From Auanema rhodensis (Eukaryota > Animalia > Nematoda), in NCBI GenBank assembly GCA_964057225.1, contig OZ059898.1, positions 16,430,001 to 16,494,000 of the forward strand: 64,000 nt of DNA. The letters run 5' to 3'. Both the position numbers and the translations under genes were made by a program. The first letter of the stretch is position 1, and each line of letters begins with the position of its first letter. This document shows, in pieces, positions 40,513-56,380 of this stretch. The notes below the pieces were generated by a model. That model was given only the letters and a program-made list of their open reading frames with translations. It was not told where the DNA came from and did not search any database.

Positions 40513-40676
40513 AAACGGTACTGATTATTGAACTCACATTATCAGACTCGTTAATGCACGTGCTCTATTTCTTATGATTGCTCGGGAATAATTTGAAAAG
40601 ACAAGAATCTATTTATTAAATAATATTGATATGCTTGAATAATTTGAAGGATAATAAATACACGAGTATTTGACTA

Positions 40677-42877
40677 CTAAAGTGAAATGCAACAAAGACA
40701 TAAAACAAATACAATTAAATCCAAATAGAAATGCGTGATCCAGCTAATTTGAACTCCTTTTATTTTGTACTGTGGAGATGATTTAGATGTCAAACGAATG
40801 GCTCGTTCAACGTAAAACAGTGCTCTCTCAAGTTCATCCATTGGTTGGTCCAAATATAAACTGTAATCATGCTCAACTTGCGCTTTGAACGAGGGGTTGT
40901 AAGCAACCTGAAACGAATTTTATGATAAAAAATACAATTTGGAAAAACTAAAATACCTCTTTAATACGAGATTTTATTCTCTCAACGGTTAGTTCATTTT
41001 TATTTAATGGTACAGCAAATTTCCTTTCAACACCCATACGACAATTATATGCTTGTTCAGCAAAGATTGGCAATATCACCATTGGAACTTTAGCGCAGAG
41101 AGATTCACGAAAACTTAAATTGAATTCCTTACAATAACTAGTTCCCTTTTTTAGTAAAAAAAACCTTTTAAGACCTCCATGAGATACAAAAGTAGCAGTA
41201 AGTTTGTGTTTTAACAAAGCACCTTGGTTTACCCATTTCACTGTTTTGACATGAGATTGGAAATTAAAGTCATCTGCTGAATATACAAAAACAATTCTAA
41301 AAAACTTAGTTTTGAAAACTGTTCCAGTGAAATACCACACTTAAATTCATCTAGCTCATTAAGAGCATTAAATAGAGCTTCTTTTTTCTCATCTGGTGCT
41401 GTTCTCCAATCTACTATTGAACCAAAAGCGACATATATGAGTTCTTAAAATTAAAGCGAGTTTTAATTAAAATCGTAAAAATAAAACTTCTCGAATCTTG
41501 GTTTATAAACTTCAGTAAATCATCATCAATTTCGTTATTTGTTCTCTGTAAACAGTGAGCTCCCATGGATATAATTGAACTTGAACCTATTAATAGATTA
41601 AGATTTTTTTTTTTCAAATTAAGAACCTGGTGAAGGAAAACCAAATTCATCAATATTATCTGTTAAAATATATGCACTATCGTGATTATGCTCTTCGAAA
41701 GAAAATGGCTTGCCAATCAACTTCTTATACAAATTTAAATGTGATGGTACTGAAATCGTTAAATAAATATTTAACTTGAAATGTGAAGAAGAAAAAATAC
41801 AGCGAATAAGAAAATTAATTGTTTCCAATGCTTCATCCCAAATCTGATCTATTCGTTCAAAAATGTTGGTCGGATCATAAGGCTTGTAATCATGGTGAGG
41901 AAGCGAAGGAAACATAGCTGTTCTTGCAGTTGGATTAGCACCTACAAAAAATGTAGAATAAAAACATAAGTTTTCCCAAACCTAAGCTGATTGATGCAGC
42001 AAGCGAATTAAACATAACACTAGTGTGCGTTATAACATAAGGTATGCCTTTGTCATACAGTGCTTTAGAAATATAATAACCATGATTATTATCCATCACT
42101 AAAAATAACGAAATGTTTTGATGGAAAAATCTATAACAAATTCAAAGTTGCCATGCAACATGAACTCAACTTAAAAATACATTTTCATAAATATCAAGGC
42201 ACAAAAATGTGAAAAAAATATTACTCACTATCTACCACGATCAAATCCCATGAACCTTCTAGTGCCGCTATATACTATATCTTAATTTCAGTAATGAAAA
42301 GCGTATATTTATGTATACCTTTGCATGTTGTTGTTCATAGGATAATTGAAAGGAATCTTCAACATATATAAAAGATGTCCATAAATCATATCCACGCCAT
42401 TGATCTTTCCATTTTTTGGCAAAAAACTGCAATAAAAAGAATCAAACTGTTTTAAATATGTATGCAAACCCTACGTTCGATGACGGTTTTTCTATTTTGG
42501 TATGGTTTACATGAATACATTCTAAAATATAAATATATATATATAACATTATTATGGTATTTTTGACTTATATTCTCAGGATATGTAATGCTTTCTTTTA
42601 TACCGCCATTTAAGTCTAAAAACGTTATTTTATGTCCGGCATTATTGAGTCTGAAAATAATTCTTGTACAGCGAATTAGAAATGTTCAAGTCCTTTTTAC
42701 TTTGGTTACATTATCACTAAATATGACTTTAAATTAGGTTAATCGTTGGCTTTACCTCAAAGCTAATGGCATCAAACTCCAAATATGGCTTGGTGATTCT
42801 CTTTTTGGAATGAATAAAATATTAGAACACGATATCGAATGGATAATACTAAATAATAAAAATGCAAGTAATACCAT
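40677..42877 (-). CDS. UDP-glucuronosyltransferase (ugt family)
   Basis: Signal peptide, SPSHI, WDLIVVD, IYVAFGSI, WVNQGALL..FVSHGGLKS..E....VPMVILPIFAEQ (UGT signature) and a C-terminal TM helix. Confidence 0.92.
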
Positions 42878-43854
42878 CTTCTGAAATGGTAATATTGTAC
42901 TATTTAAATTTGTATGACAGAGACAACATACAAAGAAAAGAAATCACTTAAACAAAACTGATATCCAAAAAGTAACATAATTTAACTTAGTAAGATTTTT
43001 GAGTTATTTTTTTAAATAACACTGTGAAAGCGCCAGCTTGTTCTGAATATATGATTTGTAGTAAAGGATTATTAGAATACAAAACTCATAAGAACAATTT
43101 GAAAATGATATTTAAGTGAACTAATCATTCAGCATATTGAATAATATTTAATTCACTTTTTAAATTTCAAAATTGCTTTTTTGCTGCTCTATTTATTTGT
43201 TTTACAGTTTAGTAATTTTTAATTCATTCACACACTTTTATTTACAGAATATATTTAGAGAACCATTTAATAATAATCATATTCAGGTATCCAAAATAGC
43301 GGTGTTTCGGGGCAGGCAGGAACTAGAAATGAAACTTGTCATCTGTCAGCGTTTGGCTTATCAGTCACCGCCACCTTATTCATGAAATCGGCGCGGACAG
43401 AACAGGGTAGAACTTTGGTTTAATTTACCCTCTCCGTTTCAACTGTCTCTGAAAACACTTCTCACCCCATGTAAATGATCTTTCCTATTATTCATAAAAA
43501 TTAGCGAGTCCTTGAAAAGTGCTTAATTCTAGTGATCATCTCAAAGTCTCATGCTATCTCACTAAATTGAAAGACGCTATCTCTGTATCTTAAAATAATG
43601 GCAAAAATGACATCATCAATATAGTTATTTCGCATTGATCTATTATGGATTATTGATAAAACATTCATTTATTAATATATTTCAATTATTACTATTCTAA
43701 CTAAAGATATTATAAATTATTTTAAAGATAACATCTTATGGGAAAAACGTTTCCTTATGTTACATACTACCATAATTTTATTGATTTTGAAACACATTTC
43801 TTGATATGACTGATTCATTTGATCAATCTGAAGTTATATACTTCCAGGTCACAA

Positions 43855-45634
43855 ATGCCACAGAGACAAAGGATGAAGCCGCCCTGTGCTGTATGCGGAG
43901 AACGAGGTGATGGAGCACATTTCGGAGCGGAAGCCTGTCGGTAGGGCTAAACCTTTACTATTCTTAACTTAACTCGTAACACTTTTATATCTTATCTTTA
44001 TTTTCATTTTACTAGAATTTGGTATCAAATTTTGCTTTTCCTAGAGCATGTGCAGCTTTCTTCCGACGTTCCGTAGCTCTTAGAAAAACTTATGTATGTC
44101 GTACAGCTAGGGTGTGTTCTATATCATCAGGTTCATAACGGGTGTTCAATTATTGTCATACTTTTCAATAATTCAATTTACATTTTTTTAAATTCTCTTT
44201 TAGCTGGTCGATGTATGTGTCGGGCTTGTCGGTTTGAGAAATGTTTAACAGTTGGAATGCAAAAAACAGGTTATCACAGTAATTTTAATTGAAATATTTA
44301 CCAATGCTACAAAAACAGTTAACATACCTTTATTATGTAACCATTATGCTACTTTAAAAATTGCTGTTTAGCTGTACAACGTCATAGGGATATGCTTGGA
44401 AAACGTAATGATGGTTTAATTAATCGAACAGACTTCCACTCTTCTCCGGTAATTATAATTGAAAAAAAAAATTATTTCCTATTTTAAGGAGCCCTCAATT
44501 TTGGGAACAGATCAAAACATGCCTTTACTGAATAGATTTTTTGAGCAATATTCCTTATTGGAACAAAAACGTCAAAAATATCATCATGGAATTTCAGATG
44601 AATATCAGGTATAACAAAAATAAACAAGTACTGTTCAAACTGTTCAAATATAATTATGAAAGATAACATCTAACAATTTTAATGGGAAAACATAAGCACA
44701 AAAGTAAACCATTTTTTCAGAAATCATATTCAAAAGCTTTATCATACAAAGAAGCTAATAGGATAAATGTGAAGGAAATTCCTTGGATAATTGATGTTGT
44801 CGTTAACACGTTTTCAGACTTTGCTTCCTTAGATAGTTCTCAAAAAGTCAGCATATAGCCTGCTTATTTTATTCTAGATATTAAAAGCTTTTTTTAAGAA
44901 ACTATTGTTTGGGGCATTTTATTTACCATTCATGTTGCTTGAAACGGGATATTTCGCCACATTAAAAGGTTATTTGCTATCTGAAATTTAGTAAAACGTT
45001 TTTATAACTATCCAGATAGATCAGACATTTTATACTTACCGTCAGGCGATTTTGTTGATGCTCGACATCCAGAAACATTCTATGTAGATCTCGATGGAAA
45101 ACAACACATGCCTACTGAAGAAGCCGTTAGGTGACAATGATCATTATTTCTTATTGAAATTTGCTTTTATAGATTATTCGCACCTTCCTTTAACATTTAT
45201 CGGCGGAATATTCTTGATCCTATGAGGGAATTAAGGGTAACCAACTTTGAATTTTTGACTCTCTGCTGCTTTAGTTTATGGGACCATGGTAAAAATTAAT
45301 CATTTTGGCGAAGACTATAATTATCTTTCAGGTTTAGAAGGCCAAACAAAAGATTGTGAAATAGTTTCGGATAGAATAAGGAAGCAGATAGTTGATGAAA
45401 TATCATATTATCATAAGCATGTAGTACAATGCGTGGAGCCTACTGCTCGCCTTGCAAGTCTTTTCATTTTGCTTCCTGCTTTACAAGTATCCTGTAAAGT
45501 GATAATGAATATCTAATTGAATAAAGTTTCAGAGAGCTGTTCGTCGATTTCAAGAAGATGTTGAAATCAGTAATGTCTTTAACGCATATTCAGTTGATAA
45601 CGAATTTTACGATATAGTTAACGGAAGACTCTAA
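43855..45634 (+). CDS. Nematode supplementary nuclear hormone receptor (HNF4-derived NHR)
   Basis: [29 protein letters not shown]...CRACRFEKCLTVGM zinc fingers followed by a spliced ligand-binding domain. Upstream exons are possible. Confidence 0.92.
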
Positions 45635-45663
45635 CATATAACAATAAATATTCGACAAATAAA

Positions 45664-46529
45664 CTAAAATGATGTCTTTTGTAAAGATTGTACTCCAAGC
45701 TTAGCATGAAGATCAGGCAAACTGCACTCCCAATGATTTTCCCAATCAAATGCAATAAACAATCGTGATGAATTGGCTTGCTCTATTACCCATGGTAAAT
45801 ATTCAGACAAAAGTTGCTCGCGATTTCTGTAAAAGAACCTTAACTTTTTTTCTGAAAAATTATTGAACAAACTTCTTCTTAAGGCGAGCCCCACCCAATA
45901 TTGCGGCAGAAATACACATTGGAAATCCTAATTGTATAGCCTCAAAATATTTAACAGCTACCTAAATATATATATATATATATGTATAATAAAACAAAAA
46001 AACCTCGCCGATCATATTAGTTTTCATTTGAAGAACAATATGAGTGAAGTCGTGCGTTTCGCGGTACCTTTGCATGACATAAAGATAATCTGGATCATTG
46101 ATGTATTTCACAACAGGTCGAGCATCAGGGGACGTTTTCAAATGTTCAAGAAACCTGCACACAAAAAGCACTGAAGATTAATCAACAATTTAAAAAATTA
46201 ACCTATAATACTCCTTGCCCAAAGTACCATTGGGTAGTGATTGTAGATATTTTCGATCAATTGTAGAATTATTTATTCTGGGCTGTTCTTTAAGAAGTTT
46301 AGCTCCGGTTGCATCTTTTTCCATACGATATCTTTATGTGAAAATTCCGATTGCAAGAAAGTAATATTTACTTGATATTCTTTAGAATGAAAGGGAAAGC
46401 CGTTGCTTCTCCCATTGCTGCTACCATATCTCCTCGTTTTGGATCGCGGATAGCGGCAGCGGCAGATCCAAGTCCAAGTAAAACTCTTGAGGTAAACGAT
46501 AACGGAATATGTGAGTTGTACAGCATCAT
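45664..46529 (-). CDS. coq-4: Ubiquinone biosynthesis protein COQ4
   Basis: LYNSHIPL...[54 protein letters not shown]. Confidence 0.93.
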
Positions 46530-46590
46530 ATTGCAAATATCCTTCAAATAGTAAACTGAACAGTTTAATATGTGAAGTAATTATTTTACC

Positions 46591-47064
46591 TTATTCCACA
46601 GTGGTAGTTCCGTCAGGGGTAAACTGAACTCCTCTTTTAACTTCTTCACCTCTTTCAGCAAGAATTTGTTCAATGTTTTTCCCCTTTAAAAAAAAACAAT
46701 TAATTCAACTACTTTTGAAAAACCATTGAGTCATACCTTGAAATCTTCAAACCACCCCAAATGATCAGCTATAATGTGATGGTTACTACAACCAGTACAA
46801 GTAACAATAACCACACCCTTTTCGTATGATGATCTTGAGAATGTCTTGGGACCCTAAACTTGGTTATATACAAAGTAAAAGAAAAATAAGTACTTGTCTG
46901 GATCCGCAAACTTTGCAAGTATATTGAATAGAGAGTTGAGGAGTTTGTCTTCCAAGTTCTTTTGGATTACAGAGCAATCTAGTTGTTTGAAAATGACGTT
47001 GAAAACTCACAGGTTTAAAATATAAGCTACACAAAACTTTACAAGTCGACAAAGATTTCAGCAT
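46591..47064 (-). CDS. DNLZ: Mitochondrial DNL-type zinc finger protein (DNLZ/Zim17/Hep1)
   Basis: Basic presequence-like N-terminus; [10 protein letters not shown]|[35 protein letters not shown]...[12 protein letters not shown]. Confidence 0.92.
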
Positions 47065-47248
47065 AAAGCTCTAAAATAAAGGGTAGTTATATCTTTGTAC
47101 GTAACATTTTTGGTTTAATATAAGTTGTAGGATTAGTAACCAAGAAATACAGTTTCCAACACACATCGAATTTTTATTGCGTATAAACATTGTAGGGGCG
47201 CATAATACATTGGCATGGAGATCAAGATTACTCAACGAACTGTTAGTA

Positions 47249-50145
<2,897 letters not shown>

Positions 50146-50287
50146 TGTAATATCAGTAACTTTAAAAAATATTTATTAAAATAATATTACAATACAGTTT
50201 AATTTAGGAATATGAAATAAAATCGAACTCTCTTCGGTTAAGTTGAAATAAATAAGTAATTAAGCATTAGCTTTTTTTTGAACAATA

Positions 50288-50333
50288 TCGCGCATTATGC
50301 TTTCCCGCGCAAATCTTGAATAGCGCGCGAAAA
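50288..50333. promoter_or_regulatory. E2F/DP (EFL-1/DPL-1)-type sites in the mcm-7/cdk-2 bidirectional promoter
   Basis: TTTCCCGCGCAAA (50301-50313) and GCGCGCGAAAA (50323-50333) in an otherwise AT-rich ~300-bp spacer. Confidence 0.75.
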
Positions 50334-50451
50334 TTTCTTTATTATTTTCATATTATCGCTAACAACATTGCTAACTGTATATTATAATTCTTTGCTTAGT
50401 AATCATCAATTTTAAATTGTTTGAAGCATTTTTTGAAGTTTTACTTTCGAG

Positions 50452-51725
50452 ATGATGAATGTTGATGAACTTTCGAAGTTTGCCAACTTAGAAAAAATAG
50501 GAGAAGGAACTTATGGGGTTGTCTTCAAAGGTATTCACCGAAAGACTGGAATGAAGGTAGCTTTGAAAAAAATTAAATTAGACGTGTAAGATTACAACTG
50601 CGAAGTATTTAATTATAATCTATGTAAAGTGATGGGGAAGGAGTTCCAAGTACTTGCATTCGCGAAATATCTCTACTAAAAGATCTCAATCATACTAACA
50701 TTGTACGTTTGTATGATGTTATTCATGCTGGTATGGGCTTATTTTTCTAGCGTATAAATTCAAATTTGTATAGAAGATCGTTTGTTCCTTATATTTGAAT
50801 TTGTTGATAGAGATTTGAAAGGGCTTCTTGATTTGCTACCTGAAAAAAAATTGCCAATTGAATATGTCAAGATAAGTTCTCTTGCTTCTTAATATATTAA
50901 GTATTTTTCACAGCTTTGTTTGGCAGTTGTTGCAAGCTATTGCGTATTGCCATACAAGAAGAGTTATTCATCGTGACTTGAAGCCACAAAATCTTCTTGT
51001 TGATTCCAATGGAACCATTAAGCTGGCAGATTTTGGATTAGCCAGGTTTTTCTGTTCTTTTTTCTTATTGTATTTTTTCTCAGAAACTTTTCAATGCCTA
51101 GTAGAGCATATACACATGAAGTAGTAACTTTGTGGTATAGGGCGCCTGAGGTAAGTTTTCTAATTTCATCCGAATTAGAACAAAGTTTTAGGTTTTATTG
51201 GGTGGCAGATATTATTGTACGGGATTAGACATGTGGAGTTTGGGTTGTATTTTTGTGGAAATGGCTACCGGGGATTCCCCTTTCCAAGGGGATTCAGAAA
51301 TAGATCAGCTTTTCAAAATTTTCAGCTTATTAGGCACTCCTACAACTGAGGTTCAGGATGATTTTTGTGTTTCTTAAGAGAATTATGAGTTTTAGATTTG
51401 GCCTGATGTAGATTTACTACCGAATTTCAAGCATGTTTTCCCCAAATGGAAAATAAATGAGGATAATTTAAGAAGAGCTATGGGATCTTTAGATGAAGAC
51501 GGAGTAGCATTAGCACGTGTGCGTTTGTGTATATTTTATAAATTAGATATATATATATTGATTTTATCTGTTCAGGATATGTTAGCTTATCATCCTGAAA
51601 GTAGAATAACAGCGAAAACGGCTCTTGGTCATCGATATTTGAGGAATTTATCACTAGCTCCACCAGAAGTTGGCTCTTTAATTCATAAAAACACTAGGAG
51701 TACTCGGTCAAAATTGCAGCATTAA
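50452..51725 (+). CDS. cdk-2: Cyclin-dependent kinase 2 (PSTCIRE variant)
   Basis: [58 protein letters not shown]. Contains an apparent AT-AC intron. Confidence 0.88.
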
Positions 51726-52050
51726 TAGTTTATCTGTTTGCATACCCCTGATTTTACTTATGTTGCAAGTCATGTTTTATAAGTGATCTAGTTAACGTTT
51801 ATAATATTAATAGTTCCTATTCATAAAAGAAAATTAATATCGAATACGCAATACAACTTGCGTACTTACGTTTTCCATCATGCCATATGCTATACGAGTG
51901 ATGCTATTAATTCTTTGTTATATGTAGTAATTTTCTATTAATATACATATAAACATTTTTTAAATTACAATCCAATATCGAAAACTGTTGTTTTTTTCAA
52001 TTGAAATACTTTCATTTTTAATAAGTTTTTCATTGATATTTGTTTCATAG

Positions 52051-53442
52051 ATGGGGGATTATTACTGTGAAGACGATGAGGATGGTGACTTTAACTATGG
52101 TTTAGCGGATGAAAAAATTTATGATAATCAACGTCCTTCAATTATGATCATGGGGCTAAAAAGGTAGGATTGGATGTCAAAATTAACTGATGTCATTCAA
52201 TTTTAAATAGAAGTGGCAAAACTTCAATTAGGAAGGTGGTTTTCCAAAAAATGTCGCCCAATGAAACATTATTCGTGGAGAGCACAAGCAGAGTAACTTC
52301 AAACGGTATATGATCAGTATAAGGATAGCTATAATTTTGTTTAGCTTACAAGTCCTCATTCATTAAATTCGATACTATTGAGTTTCCCGGACAGTTAGCT
52401 CCTTTCGATCAATCTGCCCAACCAACAGATATTTTCATGCGATGTGGTTTGCATGTGCTTTTTTCATTTTGTAAAATTTTTAAATTAGGAGCTCTATTAT
52501 ACGTAATTGATGCACAAGAAGATCTTTCCGAAGCTTTACGTAAGCTGATTGAATATTTCAAACAAGCATACGAAATCAACAAAAATATAAAGTTTGAAGT
52601 TTTCATTCACAAAGTTGATGGATTAACAGAGGAAAGACGACTCGATTGTCAGTTCGACATTTTCGAAAAGGTAAACATAAATTTATTGAATAAAAAGTTT
52701 CTTATTTAAGGTAAAAGAAACGCTGATTAACATGGGCCTGGAAGATATACAGCCGACATATCATTTGACTTCAATTTATGATCACTCTATATTTGAAGCT
52801 TTCTCAAAAGTTGTTCAAAATTTGGTTACACAGCTGAATACTTTGGAACGACTTCTGGATATTTTTAACCAGGTTAATAGAAATACATATATTTTTGTTA
52901 TTCTCGTGTCTCCAGGGTTCGAATGTTGAAAAATCTTTCCTTTTTGATGTTAATTCTAAAATATATGTAGCTACTGATAGCAATCCAGTAGAAATGGCAG
53001 CATATGAGCTGTGTTGCGATATGATTGATGTAGCAATGGATTTATCAGGGATTTATGGGTAGAAATTAGGTCTAGTGTTACTCTTATTAGTTATAATGTA
53101 GAGGTACCCTTGTACAACATGAAGATGGAAAACAGTATCTGCAGTGCTTTGATGAACATTCATATGCTGTTATTCGACTTAAAACTGAACAGGTATGAAT
53201 ATTTTAAATGCGGTTTATTAATCGGCCTGAATCTTCAGGTTTTATTTTTGAGACAGCTGGATAAATATCTTGCTATGGTTTGCATCATACGTTCCGATAA
53301 TTTTGATAAACAGGGCCTTATTGATTACAACTTTACTTGCTTCAAACAGGTATTTTCGCTTTTTCGTTTCTTTTTTCATATTCTACTGCAGAGTATTGAA
53401 AAGATTTTCAAAGTGCGTAAAATCAAGAAGAGTTCTACTTAA
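52051..53442 (+). CDS. ragc-1: Rag GTPase RagC/D
   Basis: [78 protein letters not shown]. Confidence 0.95.
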
Positions 53443-53698
53443 GAGTCTACAACTACTCTCCTAAGTTTTTTATTTATTCGGTAGGGTAGGAATAGAAATA
53501 AAAATGTTCGAATATGCCAGAATTATAACACCCACATTTAGTATTTTTATAGTTAGTGCCATTCTGAAAAGTGAGTTTCATTAATGTAATAATCCAAGCT
53601 ACTATCGTATATTGTCGATTGTTTTCAGTTTTCTGAATAGTTTTATTTTTATATGAACAATTTAAGTCTATGTTGTACAATATTAGGATAATCAATTT

Positions 53699-55659
53699 TT
53701 ACTCTGGTATGCAGTTCATTGGTATATCGTGCTCATTTTTTCTAAAAAATATTAAGATATCGGTAGTAGTGATGTATGCTGCAAACCTTTCCAAACATTT
53801 CGCTCTTTTCACCATTAACTTCACTATTTCATCTATATTCTTCTCTCTAGTTTCTGGTAGGTAGCGCGTCAAAACAGCAATACAGATTGCACCAGGTATT
53901 GCAAACAGTATCAATAAAATCCAAGACCCTAAATGTCAGTTTCAACACAGAAATACTATACAGATAAGCTACCCATTGATGCATATAATGGTAAAGTGAT
54001 TATGCTCAATACTAAAGCTGTGAGCTGGTTTGTAGACAAAGCAATAGACTGACAAAGTGCTCTGTGGTTTAGCGGCACAAGCTCTGCTGTTAGAAACCAT
54101 GCTATTGGTCCCAAAGCCATACTATAACTCAATTATTTTCAGATCAAGTAATATAGCTTAGCAAACCTATAGCTTGTTCCATGGAAAATAACAGCCAATA
54201 TACAGCCATATTTCATACTTGGTATATATAAACGTCCTTGTTCTGATATGAAGAAAAGTATTAATGCCAGCACATTAATACTAGCTGCTCCTAATAGCAG
54301 TGTTCTTCGAGGAAACTTTTCGACTATGAACATCCCAATTACAGTTGAAACCGTACTGATTGGAAAGCGATTATAACTTCCGCATAAAAATAACGAATAT
54401 ACCTTAAGAGCAGCATCAATGTTGATATAAATTCTGAGGTTTCTGGATCAATATCAGCTCGAATAAGAAATTCAGTTGAAAAAAATAGAATTGGCCAGAT
54501 AGATGCAGTAATTTGGAGTGTTATAATTCCTAAATACAATGATTATAAATTCCCAAATGCGCAATTTACCTAATAGAAGGCCAAAAAGAGTTGTACGACT
54601 CATCGAACCACGACTGTCTGAATACTCATCGAGCCCTTCTGCTTCAATGGAGTGAAGATGCTCTCTTGTTGCTGCTAGATCTAGATGTTTGAAATTTCCA
54701 AGCTAAGCTCAATGAAGTTATGTGCTAAAACCTGTGCTTAGATAAAACTGAATTGATTTCTCAGCAGATTCTTTATCCTTTTTCGTTAACATTAGATATT
54801 TGGGAGACTCGTGGAACCACAAAGCAATAAGAATGGAAAGGAATGTAGGAATACAAGATAATCTAAATATAATTGATAATGTGTTTAGCTTTATGATACC
54901 AAACCCAATTATCCAAGTAATATATTGGCCTAGGACAATTTTCATGCCAGCCACTACACCTACAAGGTTTGTAACAACAAAAGCCATTTCAGCATTGAAC
55001 GACATAATCCCTCTCATGTCGGGAGGACTAGACTCCTAAAATGTCGCTATACTTAAACAGCTAGCGTATTTCTTTGAAATTTTATACTTGTAGAAGAAGA
55101 ATCAAACTGTTCATTGATATAGCAGCACTAAGAGCAAAAAAGATACGACTAATAAAGAAGAGAAAAGGCATATGAACTATGATGGATATAGTTGCCATAA
55201 CTGCTGACAGAAAGTTGCAAGTGTTTCCGATTACGAGACACCCTGAATTTTTGGATTTCTTTAAGATTTTGTGAAATTGATTACATTTCCTTCCAACCCG
55301 ATCAGCAAATGGTACTGCTATCCAACTTCCAATAGCGAAACCTATGAAATATACGTTCAATATAGAAGACCAAGTCCAAGTAAATCTGAAATTCTACTAA
55401 TAACATTATATTCAATACTATTTTCTACTGTTGCTCTGTAAGAGGACTTCCTTGCTCTGCGAAAGACTGGTTCAAAAATTGTCTGAAACCGTCAATAGCA
55501 GTGTTTGGATAAGCATTTGCATATCCCATCTGCAAATTAACAATAATAACATTGGTAAATTATGGTTATAAAGGTATGACTGTAACTTGCCTGAAAGATA
55601 GAAGAAAACGCCAGACATGCTCCCATCAGCAATAGACGTGTACGAGCTTTGCCCTTCAT
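53699..55659 (-). CDS. MFS sugar transporter (SLC2A/GLUT-like)
   Basis: FQ|MGY, ADRVGRK, QESSP..MRG, HESPKYL, VEKFPRR, GPIAWFLTAELVP, LPETR. The first intron is GC-AG. Confidence 0.92.
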
Positions 55660-56380
55660 AGTTTAAATGCTCAACTAGTGCAGGTTGCGATTGCTGAAGT
55701 AAATTGAGATGCACAGATAGTGAATTATTGGAGAACCAAGGCAAATATTTAATTTAGTTATTGCAAAAATTTAGAAACAGTAATGAAACTGATATTGTAT
55801 CGAGTAATAATGATATTATATGAATATTTGATTTCTCAATTTTGGTACGTTTGAGTATGGATACATCTTTAGCTATTACAGCTGCAGTTGCTATAGCCAA
55901 AAGACTATGGCATAGTATAACGGATGGAGAGCTTTTATTGATTAGTTGCGTAAGCCAAAATGAAAGGTCCAACACACGTATTTTTAATTTAAAACAGTGA
56001 AAAATAAATGTTCATAAATTCTAGAAATCATGCAATTAAAGTAAACGAATAAAATGGGGCTGAAGCTATCAAGATTTATAACTGAAGTGATTGCGAAATA
56101 TTTCTTCTACTCTGTGTCCCTTCCCTTTTCTCCGTTTTCAAGCTTGTCTCCGTGTTTTATTTAATATTTCCATTTTAAAATATCGATATTTAAGAGAACA
56201 TGTCGATAACAATGAGAATTAATTATGTTAAATATATATTTGTAGTTATTTCAGGTATTTTTTGTTTAATTGTGTCTTAAGAAAAGCATATTGTAATACT
56301 TTAAAATAATTTTGTGGTTAAAACGCGATTTATATGATTATGTTTACTAAATGATACAATTGTCATAATTCGGCTGAAAG

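Noticed and set aside
43417-43430. GGTTTAATTTACCC resembles the 5' end of the SL1 leader
   Set aside because: It has an extra T, diverges after CCC, and lacks the AAGTTTGAG|GT donor and Sm site, so it is not an SL RNA gene.
50640-50670. PSTCIRE instead of PSTAIRE
   Set aside because: A Cys-substituted PSTAIRE helix is already known for nematode CDK-2, so it is not novel.
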